From sequence record MK295204: a DNA stretch of 64,000 nucleotides. One strand, given 5' to 3'. The notes beneath the pieces were generated by a model. The model was not told the DNA's origin. It searched no databases and saw only the letters and a list, made by a program, of their open reading frames with translations. Shown here in pieces: positions 27,025-37,235 of this stretch; positions within the stretch are counted from its first letter, which is position 1; every line of letters starts with the position of its first letter. Origin of the DNA: Shigella phage vB_SdyM_006. The position numbers were made by a program, and so were the translations under genes.

Positions 27025-29736
27025 TTAAAAATCAAACAAATCAGCTAAAGAAGATTTTTTCTCATAATCGATTTTAGCGGCTGATGTAAATGATGTTAAA
27101 GGTTTAACAAAAGTTTTATTAAACAATTCTTGATAGTCAAGATTCCGTTTAACAAATTCTTCAATTTCTTGTGGTAAATCAGATCCAGATGGCCAAGAAA
27201 TACATTTTTCATTGAACGGATTGCCTTCTTTTAATGGAAGAACTTTAACTTTCTCACCTTCAAAAATAGGAGGAGCACCATCAACATGTTTTGTTGCTCG
27301 ATTATATGCTAATACACCTTTAACATGATAAGGACATCCTTTAGTAGGAAATCCTTCTGCATCAGAATACTTCATAAGATTATTAGCACTTGATACAGAA
27401 GCTATTGAGCTATAATCGTTTTCTCTGAATTGTTTTTCAAATTCTTTATAATATTCTTGTAATGATTCTTCACCTTCTTGAAGCATTCTTCGAATACATT
27501 CTTTTAACGCAACTTGACAACTTTTTGGTGTACTAGATTTTTGTGTTTCTAGACCCATGATTTTTAATTCTGGTGTTTCGTATCTGGTACCTTCCATATC
27601 CCAGACATTTAATGCATATCGTTTCTTAGCAGTCCAGAATCCACCAAGACCTTTTGTTCCTAGAGGAGGACCAGCAATGGCTTCTCGGTCCATGAACATC
27701 AAATGTTCTCTGTTGTTCATGTATTCTTTTAATTCACGATACGCTGTATCAATTGCAGGTTCCATTTTCTTAGAAGCAAATTCTGATAAGAAATCTACTA
27801 ATTTTTGTGTATCATTATTAAATTTGTGTTCAATTTTATCAACTAAATTATCAACACACACATAAACAGAATCCGTGTCACCTGCAATGACATAAGAATG
27901 ATTTTCTGTTCCAAGTGTTGCATTTAAATATTCGTTAATTTTACGTTCAATCCATTGGATTGCTAGTTGTCCAAATAATGTAATAGCTGATGCATTTCGT
28001 AAATCATAGTAACGGAAGTAAATATTACCTAAAGCGCCATAACAAGAGTTAATCAATAATTTTCTGTTAATTTGGGCTGTATTAGATGTTACAATAACCC
28101 ACTCGCAGTATTCTAATAATTTCTCTAAAGATTCTTTAGAAGCAGTATTTAATAAAGCTTTAAAGTCTTCATTAAAATCAAATCTGCCGTCAACTTCTGG
28201 TAATGTTAAGTTACCAAATTGATCTTTATGAATTGCAGCTTTTACTAATTCTGCATTACGTTTAGCTGCTAACATATATCCTTTATGTTCTTTACGCTGT
28301 AAGAATACTTTTTCTACTTCTTCAGGAATAACGCCTTTATATGTTTTATCATACATCCAACCATTAGGAGAACATGAATAAACATCACTTGGTCTTGGAG
28401 CAGTTTTATTAATATAATCCGACATTGGCGAAACAGGGAAGCTTCCTACTAATGTTTCTGGACTAATATTACCTTGTCTAATGATACTTGGGTACAGACT
28501 TGTAAGGTCAAAACTTAAGACCCAACGATACGCATTAGGAATAGGTTCTTTAACATAAGCACCTGGATAACTCTGTCTGATATGTTGTTTTAATTCAGGA
28601 ATAACTTTCTTTTTATCTTTAAGTGAGTTAAAGATAATTGCATCCCAAGTTTTAATAGGACTAAACACTGATTGAATTTGCATTTTAGAATAATATCCAA
28701 GAGATAATGCAAGTTCAATAAACTGACGTTTCTTATCAATTGCCTGTACACGATTAACGTCTTCGATGTTATAACTAATATATCGGTTATGATTTAACAT
28801 CCTTAATTTATTAATCGCCCCGTCATATTTTAATTTACCTTTACCAGTTTCGTATTCAGCAATAAAATCTAAATTATAAGCTGGCTGATTAGTAAAACTA
28901 AATTTCTTATATAAGTCTAAATAATCAAGAATAGAAACACCCATGATATCAAAAATTTGTTTATCACCATAAATGTTTTGAATTACTTTAGAACGTATTT
29001 TACGACATGGAGACATTCTCTTTGCAACTCGTTCACCTAAAACATTAGTGATTCTATTAATGATATAAGGAATATCAAAACCTTCTACGTTCCAACCAGT
29101 AAAAATAACAGGAGGTTTTTCTTCCCATAATCGAACATATTCTAATAATAATTCTTCTTCTGTTTCGAAAGGAAGATAAACAACTTTATCAATAATTTCT
29201 TGAGATAATTCGTCACCACCTTGATTTTCTGGTAACGCAGCTAATTTAGAGTCCCATTTAGAGACACTGCCAAAAGCAGAATTTAATAAGTCAAATACAT
29301 AAAACTTATCATCAATCGAATCGTAATGGGTGATTGCATCTATTTCGTATAGAGCTAGTTCTGGTTTAGGAAAATCAGTACCAGTAACTTCGATATCACA
29401 GTTTGCAATACGAATGTATTTTCGATTATACATAACATCGTAAGCATAATTATCGCTGATGTACGCTAATTTAAAATCATCCATACCCATGACTTCTTGG
29501 CCTACATCTTTCATTCGTTTAGACCAATCACGTGCATCTTGGATAGTCTTAAATTTTTTACGTGTACAATACTTTCCATAGATATCTTTATATTTTGTTT
29601 CAGTTCCTTCTACTGTGTGCCAAAACAATGATGGTTCATATTGTACCGTTCGACGTCGTTCTTTACCATCTGAATCGATATATCGTTCAAAAATGTTATT
29701 ACCAATTTGTTCTACATTTAAATAAAATGGTTTCAT
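27025..29736 (-). CDS. 43: DNA polymerase gp43 (family B)
   Basis: 903 aa; MKPFYLNVEQIGNNIFERYID..., exo and pol motifs (FDIE, YGDTDS-like GDTDSVYV, SLYPSII) collinear with remembered T4 gp43. Confidence 0.9.
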   Translation of the reverse strand: MKPFYLNVEQIGNNIFERYIDSDGKERRRTVQYEPSLFWHTVEGTETKYKDIYGKYCTRKKFKTIQDARDWSKRMKDVGQEVMGMDDFKLAYISDNYAYDVMYNRKYIRIANCDIEVTGTDFPKPELALYEIDAITHYDSIDDKFYVFDLLNSAFGSVSKWDSKLAALPENQGGDELSQEIIDKVVYLPFETEEELLLEYVRLWEEKPPVIFTGWNVEGFDIPYIINRITNVLGERVAKRMSPCRKIRSKVIQNIYGDKQIFDIMGVSILDYLDLYKKFSFTNQPAYNLDFIAEYETGKGKLKYDGAINKLRMLNHNRYISYNIEDVNRVQAIDKKRQFIELALSLGYYSKMQIQSVFSPIKTWDAIIFNSLKDKKKVIPELKQHIRQSYPGAYVKEPIPNAYRWVLSFDLTSLYPSIIRQGNISPETLVGSFPVSPMSDYINKTAPRPSDVYSCSPNGWMYDKTYKGVIPEEVEKVFLQRKEHKGYMLAAKRNAELVKAAIHKDQFGNLTLPEVDGRFDFNEDFKALLNTASKESLEKLLEYCEWVIVTSNTAQINRKLLINSCYGALGNIYFRYYDLRNASAITLFGQLAIQWIERKINEYLNATLGTENHSYVIAGDTDSVYVCVDNLVDKIEHKFNNDTQKLVDFLSEFASKKMEPAIDTAYRELKEYMNNREHLMFMDREAIAGPPLGTKGLGGFWTAKKRYALNVWDMEGTRYETPELKIMGLETQKSSTPKSCQVALKECIRRMLQEGEESLQEYYKEFEKQFRENDYSSIASVSSANNLMKYSDAEGFPTKGCPYHVKGVLAYNRATKHVDGAPPIFEGEKVKVLPLKEGNPFNEKCISWPSGSDLPQEIEEFVKRNLDYQELFNKTFVKPLTSFTSAAKIDYEKKSSLADLFDF

Positions 29737-29790
29737 GTATTTTCCTAGTTTTAATTCCGAGTGATTAGAATATTAAAAGGGACGTTGTCC

Positions 29791-29988
29791 CTATATTTCG
29801 ACTACTGTTCTTTCCCAGTTTGGAAATCTATCTGCGTTGTATGTAAAAACCGATATACATTTTATTTCTGGGTTAGTTCGAACAGCTTTAGATACTTGTG
29901 TTGCTATTTGTTGGGTCATTGATTGTGATTCGAAAAAAGAAGGGCCTCTAGAGGCCACATTCCAAAATTCTTTATTATAATAATCCAT
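29791..29988 (-). CDS. hypothetical protein
   Basis: Track start GTG; first ATG at 29988 immediately after regA stop; 65 aa. Confidence 0.3.
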   Translation of the reverse strand: MDYYNKEFWNVASRGPSFFESQSMTQQIATQVSKAVRTNPEIKCISVFTYNADRFPNWERTVVEI

Positions 29989-29989
29989 A

Positions 29990-30355
29990 TTAATTACCAA
30001 TTCGATATTTGTGGATAAGTTTCCAATCTTCTTTTTGTTTAAAAGAAATAACACGGAAATTATGTTCTTCTGGAAGGTCTAAACTTTGTCCTTTAATAAT
30101 ATCACAAAGTTCCCAAGACTCTAATAAAGTTGCGATAGAATCTCGACGTTGAATGTCTTCTTTAGAAATATCAACTTTACGTCCGTCTAATTTTAATAAT
30201 TCTTTAAAATGGACAATAAAGTATTTTCCTTGTTTTTGGAGAATATGACAGCTTTGATATAGTTCTTTTTTAGAATTATTCGCAATACCAATTCGAGTTA
30301 ATGTTTCACGGATTTTTAGAAAATCTTCAGGAGTTTTTAATTTAATTTCAATCAT
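29990..30355 (-). CDS. regA: translational repressor RegA
   Basis: Start moved from TTG to ATG at 30355; MIEIKLKTPEDFLKIRETLTRIGIANN...NFRVISFKQKEDWKL matches remembered T4 RegA (122 aa). Confidence 0.8.
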   Translation of the reverse strand: MIEIKLKTPEDFLKIRETLTRIGIANNSKKELYQSCHILQKQGKYFIVHFKELLKLDGRKVDISKEDIQRRDSIATLLESWELCDIIKGQSLDLPEEHNFRVISFKQKEDWKLIHKYRIGN

Positions 30356-30357
30356 AA

Positions 30358-30930
30358 TTACCAAGCCTTTACAAGTTTATTGATTTTTGTTCTATCGGTT
30401 TTATTTTTAATAACTGTTTTTAAGAAATCTTCAGTTACCATAGCCTTAGTTTTCTTTAAAAAATTAGTTAAAGTTCCTTTGGCTTTCATTATTTTATAAT
30501 ATTCATCTGCATCTCTTGTATTAATTACAAAATAATTAGAGATTAATTGTAATATTACTTTATATTCGGAATCATCATTATATTTTGCCCATTTTCCATA
30601 GCGTTTTCCAGCTTGTATCGATGCACGATAATAATTATAATGGGCCTCATCTGATAATTCAGAACCATATAGATTCATATAATGAACTGGGATAATACAA
30701 TCTACATGTTGACTCAAAGCATTGTCAACCCAATGCTTTGAGTATTGTTCAGATTGCTCAATTGTTAAATCATTTTTTGATACGGTTATCCCATTTAAAA
30801 TAGAAAACATAACATTTTCGGAATCTTCTTTAAAGGAATCTGCTAGTTTCTTAACAGTGTCCCAATCTTGATTCATCCATGCTAATTCGTGTTCGTTTAA
30901 ATCAGGTTCGTCTTCAAATAAATTATACAT
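30358..30930 (-). CDS. 62: clamp loader small subunit gp62
   Basis: 190 aa; LNEHELAWMNQDW...GKRYGKWAK resembles T4 gp62; position between 44 and regA. Confidence 0.8.
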   Translation of the reverse strand: MYNLFEDEPDLNEHELAWMNQDWDTVKKLADSFKEDSENVMFSILNGITVSKNDLTIEQSEQYSKHWVDNALSQHVDCIIPVHYMNLYGSELSDEAHYNYYRASIQAGKRYGKWAKYNDDSEYKVILQLISNYFVINTRDADEYYKIMKAKGTLTNFLKKTKAMVTEDFLKTVIKNKTDRTKINKLVKAW

Positions 30931-31885
30931 TCCATGTTAATCCCACAGCTAAGCTGACAAAAGTTGACATTAACAAAAGTTCTGTATTAGATGCTAGGCC
31001 AAAAAATTTATTAGCATCACCTACGGTCTCATACATATGGACAACACCTACTGGTTTTAATAGTGGGTATAATTCATTAGCTAGTTGAAGTATAAAGGTT
31101 TTAAAGTCTGGGGCATATTTTATTGCAAGAACTCGTAAATCTTTTATATTTTTATTCTTTAATGCTGTTATCACATCATCAATTTGTGATTTTTTGTCTA
31201 CAATACGACTTAAAATACCAGTATCAATTTTACCGTTTACAGAATAGATATCAAGTTCATTAACGGTTTTTCTTAAATCAGGAAAATTCTGTTTAACTAA
31301 ATGAGCCAAGATCTTAATATCTTCTATTTCAATATTTTCGGCTTTACAAATTTCAGTACAACGTTTAATCATGTCCTTCATCATCGTGATTTTATCTTCA
31401 TCTGATGGGTCAGTGAATTTAATAACACGAGCACGAGACTGAAGTGGTTTAATAATACCTTCTAAATTATTTGCCGTAATAATAATTGAGCAATTTTTAG
31501 AATAGGTTTCCATAAAAGACCGTAAATGACGTTGTGCATCACCTAATCCAGCTCTATCAAATTCATCAATAATGATAATTTTATTGCGTCCTTCTAAAGA
31601 ACCAGATGAAGCAAAAGGTGTTAATTGTGTTCTAATAAAGTCAATCTTACAGTCTGCACCATTAACAAACATATATTCAGAATTAGTTTGTTTAGCCAGG
31701 ATTAAAGCTGTTGTAGTTTTACCTGTTCCTGGGCTAGGTGATGTTAAAATTAAATGCGGAATACGGCCCTTATTAATAAGGGCATTAAACGTTTCTTTAT
31801 CATGTTTAGGTAAAATACATTCATCAATAGTTTGAGGGCGATATTTCTGCTCAAACATAAACTCGTCTTTATTAATAGAAATCAT
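30923..31885 (-). CDS. 44: clamp loader large subunit gp44 (AAA+)
   Basis: 320 aa; FEQKYRPQTIDECILP, SPSPGTGKTT Walker A, IIIIDEFD Walker B. Confidence 0.85.
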   Translation of the reverse strand: MISINKDEFMFEQKYRPQTIDECILPKHDKETFNALINKGRIPHLILTSPSPGTGKTTTALILAKQTNSEYMFVNGADCKIDFIRTQLTPFASSGSLEGRNKIIIIDEFDRAGLGDAQRHLRSFMETYSKNCSIIITANNLEGIIKPLQSRARVIKFTDPSDEDKITMMKDMIKRCTEICKAENIEIEDIKILAHLVKQNFPDLRKTVNELDIYSVNGKIDTGILSRIVDKKSQIDDVITALKNKNIKDLRVLAIKYAPDFKTFILQLANELYPLLKPVGVVHMYETVGDANKFFGLASNTELLLMSTFVSLAVGLTWNV

Positions 31886-31899
31886 AACATTAGTTTACC

Positions 31900-32580
31900 T
31901 TAAAATGTGTGAGATGATTCTTGTTCCAGTACAATAACGTATTTAAATGTAGGTGTTTCGAATTTAATTGCGCCTTTACTTGAAATCATAATTTTATAAT
32001 CAGCCATCAGTAACTTCATGTTATTCATGTTGATAACAAATTTAAATGTTTCTGAAGATTCCCATTCACCTACTTCGATGGAAAATAAAACTTTTTCTAA
32101 ACTAGAATCCACAGCTTTATTATAACCGTTAATCACAATTTTATTGTCTAATGATTCAATAGCAATAGTATCAGCACCAACAGCACGAGTCATTTTAGTG
32201 ATTTGCTGGAGATCTTCAGCTTTTAATTCAAAAATAACGTCAGCAACAGGAAAACCAATCGGATTTTTCGGAACAACAATCGTACTTAAATCTGCTGTAG
32301 CAAAAAATACTTCAGTTCGATCATTTTTAATGACAGCCACACGTTCGCGTTCATTATGGGTAATTGTCGCATCTTCACCAACAAGACTCAAAATAGATAA
32401 AAATCCAGGTAAATCATAAATAGGCATTTCTGAATCGATTTCATCAGCAATAGTTGCATCAGCATAAATTGTCTTGTTAATAGCTCGGGTCATGATAAAA
32501 TTGCCTGGTTTTAAAACAATACCAGGATTAATAGAACTAAAGTTTTTAAGAACAGTTAAAGTGTCTTTACTAAATTTCAT
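31900..32580 (-). CDS. 45: sliding clamp gp45
   Basis: 226 aa; MKFSKDTLTVLKNFSSINPGIVLKPGNFIMTRAIN collinear with remembered T4 gp45. Confidence 0.85.
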   Translation of the reverse strand: MKFSKDTLTVLKNFSSINPGIVLKPGNFIMTRAINKTIYADATIADEIDSEMPIYDLPGFLSILSLVGEDATITHNERERVAVIKNDRTEVFFATADLSTIVVPKNPIGFPVADVIFELKAEDLQQITKMTRAVGADTIAIESLDNKIVINGYNKAVDSSLEKVLFSIEVGEWESSETFKFVINMNNMKLLMADYKIMISSKGAIKFETPTFKYVIVLEQESSHTF

Positions 32581-32589
32581 TATATTACC

Positions 32590-32910
32590 TTATTTCAAAT
32601 TTTTAATTACTATTGAGGCTGCTTTTAATAATACATCAGAAGTATCGATTTGATATTTCTCTTCAAGAATATCAGTTCCTGGAATTAACTTTGCGCCGTT
32701 AGCAATGGCTGTTGTTTTATAATCTTTTAACCATTGAACATATTCTTTAGATACTTTTGAATCAAGGTCTTTATATAAAGAAAACCGTTGTTCTTTTGGT
32801 AAAGAGAGGAATTTTGTTTTATGTTTTTCCGGTAATTGTGATACCCATGCTTGACGAATTGCATTTTTAAAATCTTTATCTTTGAGTTTAGTTTCTTTAA
32901 TCATATACAT
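32590..32910 (-). CDS. hypothetical protein (rpbA position)
   Basis: Track start TTG; first ATG at 32910; position as rpbA after gene 45. Confidence 0.35.
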   Translation of the reverse strand: MYMIKETKLKDKDFKNAIRQAWVSQLPEKHKTKFLSLPKEQRFSLYKDLDSKVSKEYVQWLKDYKTTAIANGAKLIPGTDILEEKYQIDTSDVLLKAASIVIKNLK

Positions 32911-33079
32911 CCTCAACAGTCCAGTAATTGTGTCTGTTATTCATAATTTTAGGAAGTTCGTCTCCGAACTTCTCTTCAAGTTGTTGTTTTGTAACCAGTA
33001 TTATATCATCTGAGTATCTATTGCAAAGATAATATTTTTTTATTTCTGGATAAGTTTCTAAATCTGTAAATAATCTCAT
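32897..33079 (-). CDS. hypothetical protein
   Basis: 60 aa, ATG start, ATGA coupling with gene 46. Confidence 0.3.
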   Translation of the reverse strand: MRLFTDLETYPEIKKYYLCNRYSDDIILVTKQQLEEKFGDELPKIMNNRHNYWTVEDVYD

Positions 33080-34761
33080 TGTTCTTCTTTAACTGTAAAT
33101 CGGCCAACTTTATTCATTATAATATGTCTATCATAATCTTGTGGATTATGGTCACTATGAGAAATAATAAACACGTTATGATCTTCCATTGAATTAAGAA
33201 TTGACATGATTCCTTTAGAAGCCTCAGAATCCATACTACCATCAAAAACTTCATCTAAAAACAACGTTTTTATATTAACACCAGATATCATCGATGCAAT
33301 ATCATGCCATGTAAATAAAATTGCCGAATCAATTCTTGCCTTTTCACCTTCACTAAACGAAAAATAAGAAAATGTTTCTCGTCCACGAGAATTAATAGTT
33401 TCTACAAATTCTTCGTTTAAAGTGACTTGATAATCAGCACCTAATTTAGATAAATGTTTATTCAGTTGTTTATTAAACAAAGGAATATATTTAGAAATTA
33501 TGGCGCCTTTAATACCAGAATCTTTTAACATCTCTGTTAAAATACCTCTATGATATTTTTCCATAACCATATCGGTTTTAAGTTTAACAATTTTATCAAG
33601 ATCTTTTAGTAAAGCTTCGATTTTATCTGTGTTATCGATTTTTTCTTTTGATGCTTGCTCTATTGCTGAATTTAATTTATCAACATTGCTTGACGCCTTT
33701 AATATTGATTCTGTAATAGACCGGATTTCCATGTTCAGTTCAGAAACTTTTCGTTCTTGCTGTCTAAACATATCAAGTTTGTGTTCAACGTCTTTAGACA
33801 TATCAGAAAGCTTATTTAAGGCATTATCACACTTAGTAATAGATTCTTTAATGACTGGGACTTTAGACGTTCCTTGAAGTTCCTGCATACATGTAGGACA
33901 TGCACCACCTTTATCATATAATGATACAACTCGTGTGTAATTATCCTTTTCAGCCTTGACTTTAGAAATAGCTTGAACAATTTTAGTCATAGATAATTGT
34001 GGATTATCGCCTAAAACTATTTCTGATAATTGTTTTTGCAATTCTTCTATTTTAGCTTTACCTTCTTGTATTTCAGAAAGTTGTTTATCTTTTAATTCTT
34101 GGTACCGTTCAATATTAGCAGAAGACATTTTTTCTTGAGATTCTGCAAATTCTTTTTGGACCTTTAATTGGGCATCAATAGAATCTTTTTTAGTATCAAC
34201 AATAGCAAGCTTTTGATTTAATTCTCTGATGTAAGTTTTATTAAGTTTATCCATCACCCCTAATGTGTTTACATTTAAAAGGTCTTCTACTAACCTACGT
34301 CTTTCCGGGGTCTTTTGTTGCATAAAAGGAATAAAGCCTGCAGTACCAAGGACAATTGTATTTTTAAACGTTTCCATATTCATTCCAATCATTTGTTCAA
34401 ACTTTTCTTGGAAATCTTTTACAGAAGCATCTTCGTCTAAAGGTTGTCCATTAACTTGGATTTCAAATACAGTTGGCTTTTGTCCTCGTTTAACATAATA
34501 TTCATCAGAGCCGTATTTAAACCACAAGTCAACTAATAATTCTTTTTTATTAAATGTGTTAACTAATAAACCCTTTTTAATAGGTCTAAATGGTTTTCCG
34601 AATAATGCAAAACATACTGCTTCTAGCATAGTACTTTTACCAGCACCATTTTTACCTGTAATAAGTGTTTTATGGTGTTGGTCTAATGAAATATCAATAG
34701 GAGATTGTCCTACTGATAATATGTTTTTGTATTTTACTCTAATTAATTTAAATTCTTTCAT
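33076..34761 (-). CDS. 46: recombination endonuclease subunit gp46 (SbcC/Rad50-like ATPase)
   Basis: 561 aa; TGKNGAGKSTMLEA Walker A, long coiled coil, C-terminal LFLDEVFDGSMD signature/Walker B. Confidence 0.85.
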   Translation of the reverse strand: MKEFKLIRVKYKNILSVGQSPIDISLDQHHKTLITGKNGAGKSTMLEAVCFALFGKPFRPIKKGLLVNTFNKKELLVDLWFKYGSDEYYVKRGQKPTVFEIQVNGQPLDEDASVKDFQEKFEQMIGMNMETFKNTIVLGTAGFIPFMQQKTPERRRLVEDLLNVNTLGVMDKLNKTYIRELNQKLAIVDTKKDSIDAQLKVQKEFAESQEKMSSANIERYQELKDKQLSEIQEGKAKIEELQKQLSEIVLGDNPQLSMTKIVQAISKVKAEKDNYTRVVSLYDKGGACPTCMQELQGTSKVPVIKESITKCDNALNKLSDMSKDVEHKLDMFRQQERKVSELNMEIRSITESILKASSNVDKLNSAIEQASKEKIDNTDKIEALLKDLDKIVKLKTDMVMEKYHRGILTEMLKDSGIKGAIISKYIPLFNKQLNKHLSKLGADYQVTLNEEFVETINSRGRETFSYFSFSEGEKARIDSAILFTWHDIASMISGVNIKTLFLDEVFDGSMDSEASKGIMSILNSMEDHNVFIISHSDHNPQDYDRHIIMNKVGRFTVKEEQ

Positions 34762-35780
34762 TATGAGTTAACCGATTCAACATGTAGGCTTAAGGCATAT
34801 TTAAATAATATTTCTTTTTCGTCTTCAGACAAGCCTTCTAATGCATTGATATATTCTCGAATGATAGTTTCTAAACTTTCAACAACAATATCATCAGAGT
34901 CATCAACTTCAGGTCCATCTGTAGCTACTTTAGAAACAACCTTTAATGAATGGACTACGGATTCTAATTTAGATTCAAATTCTGTAAATTTATCATCCAT
35001 TTTATTAACAATAACACGAACAGCGATATCTTTATAATCTTCAGGGTTAATATCTGAAGGATATTGAACACGTTGGTGCCACATTGTTTTATTTTGAACA
35101 AACTCTACACTAGAATCTTTAGGGTTAAATATCCATACACCTCTAGGGTCATCCTCATCGCCAGCAGTAATTGAATATGGAGTTCCAATATATAATACAT
35201 TACCAGCTTCAGAAATCGTATGGAAGTGGCCTGAATAGACTTTATCATATTTTTTAAGAAAGTCTGGTTCTAGTCCATGGGATTTCATTCCTTTATAAAA
35301 ATAAAATCCGTTTAATTCCCAATGTCCAATACATATTTTAGCATTAGACTTTTTAATATGGTCTAAAATCTCTTTAGTGTTTTCATCGCACATCCAAGGA
35401 ATTAAATCAATTAATGTTCCTTCTATTTCGACTGTTGTTGGTTTATCATAAATTGTTATATTATCATGTTTTGATAATAATTCCGAAACCGAGTTAGGAT
35501 GGATTTTATTTTTGAAATGTAAATCATGATTACCAATAATAACATGCAAGTTAATACCAGCTTCTTTAAGTAAATCCACATTTTCTCTACTAAATTCCAT
35601 TGTGACATGTGTAATGGCTTTACGTACATCGAACCAATCACCAAATTGAATAACTTCTGTGATTTTGTTTTGTTTACAAATTTCGATAATTTGTTTTATT
35701 GAATCTCTTTGGATATTTTGAATCCAAGGGTCGTCTTTAGCGACCCCATAATGTAAATCACCTACAAATAAAATCATCAT
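34761..35780 (-). CDS. 47: recombination endonuclease subunit gp47 (SbcD/Mre11-like phosphoesterase)
   Basis: Track start is GTG at 35810; ATG at 35780 with AAGGA Shine-Dalgarno gives MMILFVGDLHYG (Mre11 motif I), GNHD motif present. Confidence 0.8.
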   Translation of the reverse strand: MMILFVGDLHYGVAKDDPWIQNIQRDSIKQIIEICKQNKITEVIQFGDWFDVRKAITHVTMEFSRENVDLLKEAGINLHVIIGNHDLHFKNKIHPNSVSELLSKHDNITIYDKPTTVEIEGTLIDLIPWMCDENTKEILDHIKKSNAKICIGHWELNGFYFYKGMKSHGLEPDFLKKYDKVYSGHFHTISEAGNVLYIGTPYSITAGDEDDPRGVWIFNPKDSSVEFVQNKTMWHQRVQYPSDINPEDYKDIAVRVIVNKMDDKFTEFESKLESVVHSLKVVSKVATDGPEVDDSDDIVVESLETIIREYINALEGLSEDEKEILFKYALSLHVESVNS

Positions 35781-35794
35781 AATATCCTTGTCAA

Positions 35795-35989
35795 TTAAAA
35801 TTGATACCACTTTTTAATTCGTGCATTATCAGCAATAACTTCTTCTTTACCAGAGAAATTATAAGGAACCTGTGTAGATATCATCTTTGCACTTTTTTTA
35901 TTAAGCTTTACAAAATAATCATTGCCAAATTCAAATAAAGAATCAGGCTTAAGTTTTTTAAATGTCGTCTTTAGTATCATTTTTAGCAT
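35795..35989 (-). CDS. hypothetical protein
   Basis: Track start TTG; first ATG at 35989; 64 aa. Confidence 0.3.
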   Translation of the reverse strand: MLKMILKTTFKKLKPDSLFEFGNDYFVKLNKKSAKMISTQVPYNFSGKEEVIADNARIKKWYQF

Positions 35990-36287
35990 CTTCAATTATT
36001 TTAAATAAGGCTTTTCTTGATGTTTCATAACAATAGTCAAGAACTGCTTTATCTGTTGATTGTTTATAAATTTTACGAAGTTTACCTAAAGCATAAACAA
36101 ATTGTTCTTTATTACCTTTAAGTAAAGAATCTTCATAAAGTCCTTTTAAACGTTTAATTTCTCGTCGTTCTTTACGAAGAATAACGTCGGCCCGTTTTTT
36201 AGCTTCTTCAAAAAGTTTTTCTTCATAGTCTTTAACTTCAGGGTCTAATTGAGATAAAGAATCAATTTTTATTTCTTGATTAGTCAT
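35958..36287 (-). CDS. hypothetical protein
   Basis: Track start TTG; first ATG at 36287; 109 aa. Confidence 0.3.
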   Translation of the reverse strand: MTNQEIKIDSLSQLDPEVKDYEEKLFEEAKKRADVILRKERREIKRLKGLYEDSLLKGNKEQFVYALGKLRKIYKQSTDKAVLDYCYETSRKALFKIIEDAKNDTKDDI

Positions 36288-36483
36288 TATATTTCCATTC
36301 AAAATCAAAATAAATATTAAAATCCTCTATAGTATAGAAATAAGAAAACTCTCCCTGTTCAACAGAGATTGTCTCATCATATACATTAGTCGGATCAATT
36401 AAAACTGGTATATTGTACTTCTCTTTTAATAGAAGCTTAATAAGATATGGTAATGCATTTATATCGTTATATTCTTCAATCAT
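36280..36483 (-). CDS. hypothetical small protein
   Basis: Full track ORF (to 36588) overlaps gene 55 by >100 nt; internal ATG at 36483 avoids overlap; weak call. Confidence 0.2.
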   Translation of the reverse strand: MIEEYNDINALPYLIKLLLKEKYNIPVLIDPTNVYDETISVEQGEFSYFYTIEDFNIYFDFEWKYND

Positions 36484-37024
36484 CGGGGTTAGATTGAGTT
36501 TCTGCTTTAAGTAATTCATAAAAATCATCCAATGTCGGTCCTGTATCATCAGCCTTTTTTGACCCGCTAGATTTAACAGAACTTTCATAAGAGTTTAATT
36601 TATCATATATGTCTTGTATAAACGTTTCGTCTGCAATTTGAGATAAATCTGTATCAAATTCATCATAAACGTTATGGACAAAGTAGCTATATTTTATTGC
36701 CATTTCTTTTCGTTCTTTTTTAATACGCTGAACAAATGCATTAAAACAAGCCTTAGTGATGTAAGCATGTGGATTATTATATTTCTTCTCATCAAAGCCA
36801 TATAAACCTTTTATAGTAGCTTCAATACCGTCCCAATACATTTCTTGTTTCCAATCAGGTGTATATCCAGAAAAGTTATAACGATAGGAAAGGCCTTCAG
36901 CTATAAGCATAATAGCGCGTCCAATAGAATCAGGGATTTTTACCTGATAACCAGCATCATAACAGTCTTGTTTCCACTTACAAATTTCTTTATATAATTC
37001 TTTATTGTTAATATAATTATTCAT
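36476..37024 (-). CDS. 55: late-transcription sigma factor gp55
   Basis: Start moved from TTG to ATG at 37024 (GGAGG Shine-Dalgarno 6 nt upstream); [22 protein letters not shown]...[24 protein letters not shown] matches remembered T4 gp55. Confidence 0.85.
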   Translation of the reverse strand: MNNYINNKELYKEICKWKQDCYDAGYQVKIPDSIGRAIMLIAEGLSYRYNFSGYTPDWKQEMYWDGIEATIKGLYGFDEKKYNNPHAYITKACFNAFVQRIKKERKEMAIKYSYFVHNVYDEFDTDLSQIADETFIQDIYDKLNSYESSVKSSGSKKADDTGPTLDDFYELLKAETQSNPDD

Positions 37025-37073
37025 CAAGAACCTCCAAGTTAATTATATACAAAAATAATATTTTGCATTTGCA

Positions 37074-37096
37074 ATCAAGGAGCTGCGCTCCTTGAT
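37074..37096. terminator. GC-rich perfect hairpin with T-run on plus strand only
   Basis: atcaaggagc-tgc-gctccttgat (10-bp stem) followed by atatttttattatttt on plus strand; on minus strand no U-run follows. Confidence 0.35.
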
Positions 37097-37129
37097 ATTT
37101 TTATTATTTTATTAAGTTCTTTATATATT

Positions 37130-37232
37130 ATATATAACTATTAAGTAATAAATTAGTAACTCTAGTAAATTAATTTATTAAAAGTCTAGTATATTCTATA
37201 TAACTATTAAGTAATAAATTAATAACTCTATG
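37130..37232. repeat. two ~34-bp direct repeats (1 mismatch) spaced ~67 bp in intergenic region
   Basis: tatataactattaagtaataaatta[g/a]taactcta at ~37131-37164 and ~37197-37230; minus-strand reading contains GTTACT...17 nt...TATATAAT-like sigma70/T4-early promoter elements. Confidence 0.6.
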
Positions 37233-37235
37233 TTA

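Noticed and set aside
36280-36588. Full-length 102-aa ORF overlapping gene 55
   Set aside because: Overlaps the 5' part of the well-supported sigma-55 gene by >100 nt in another frame; only a shortened version from ATG 36483 retained, at low confidence
37130-37232. Possible CRISPR array
   Set aside because: Only two copies of a 34-bp repeat with AT-rich spacer; no further repeats or cas genes; more consistent with duplicated promoter elements
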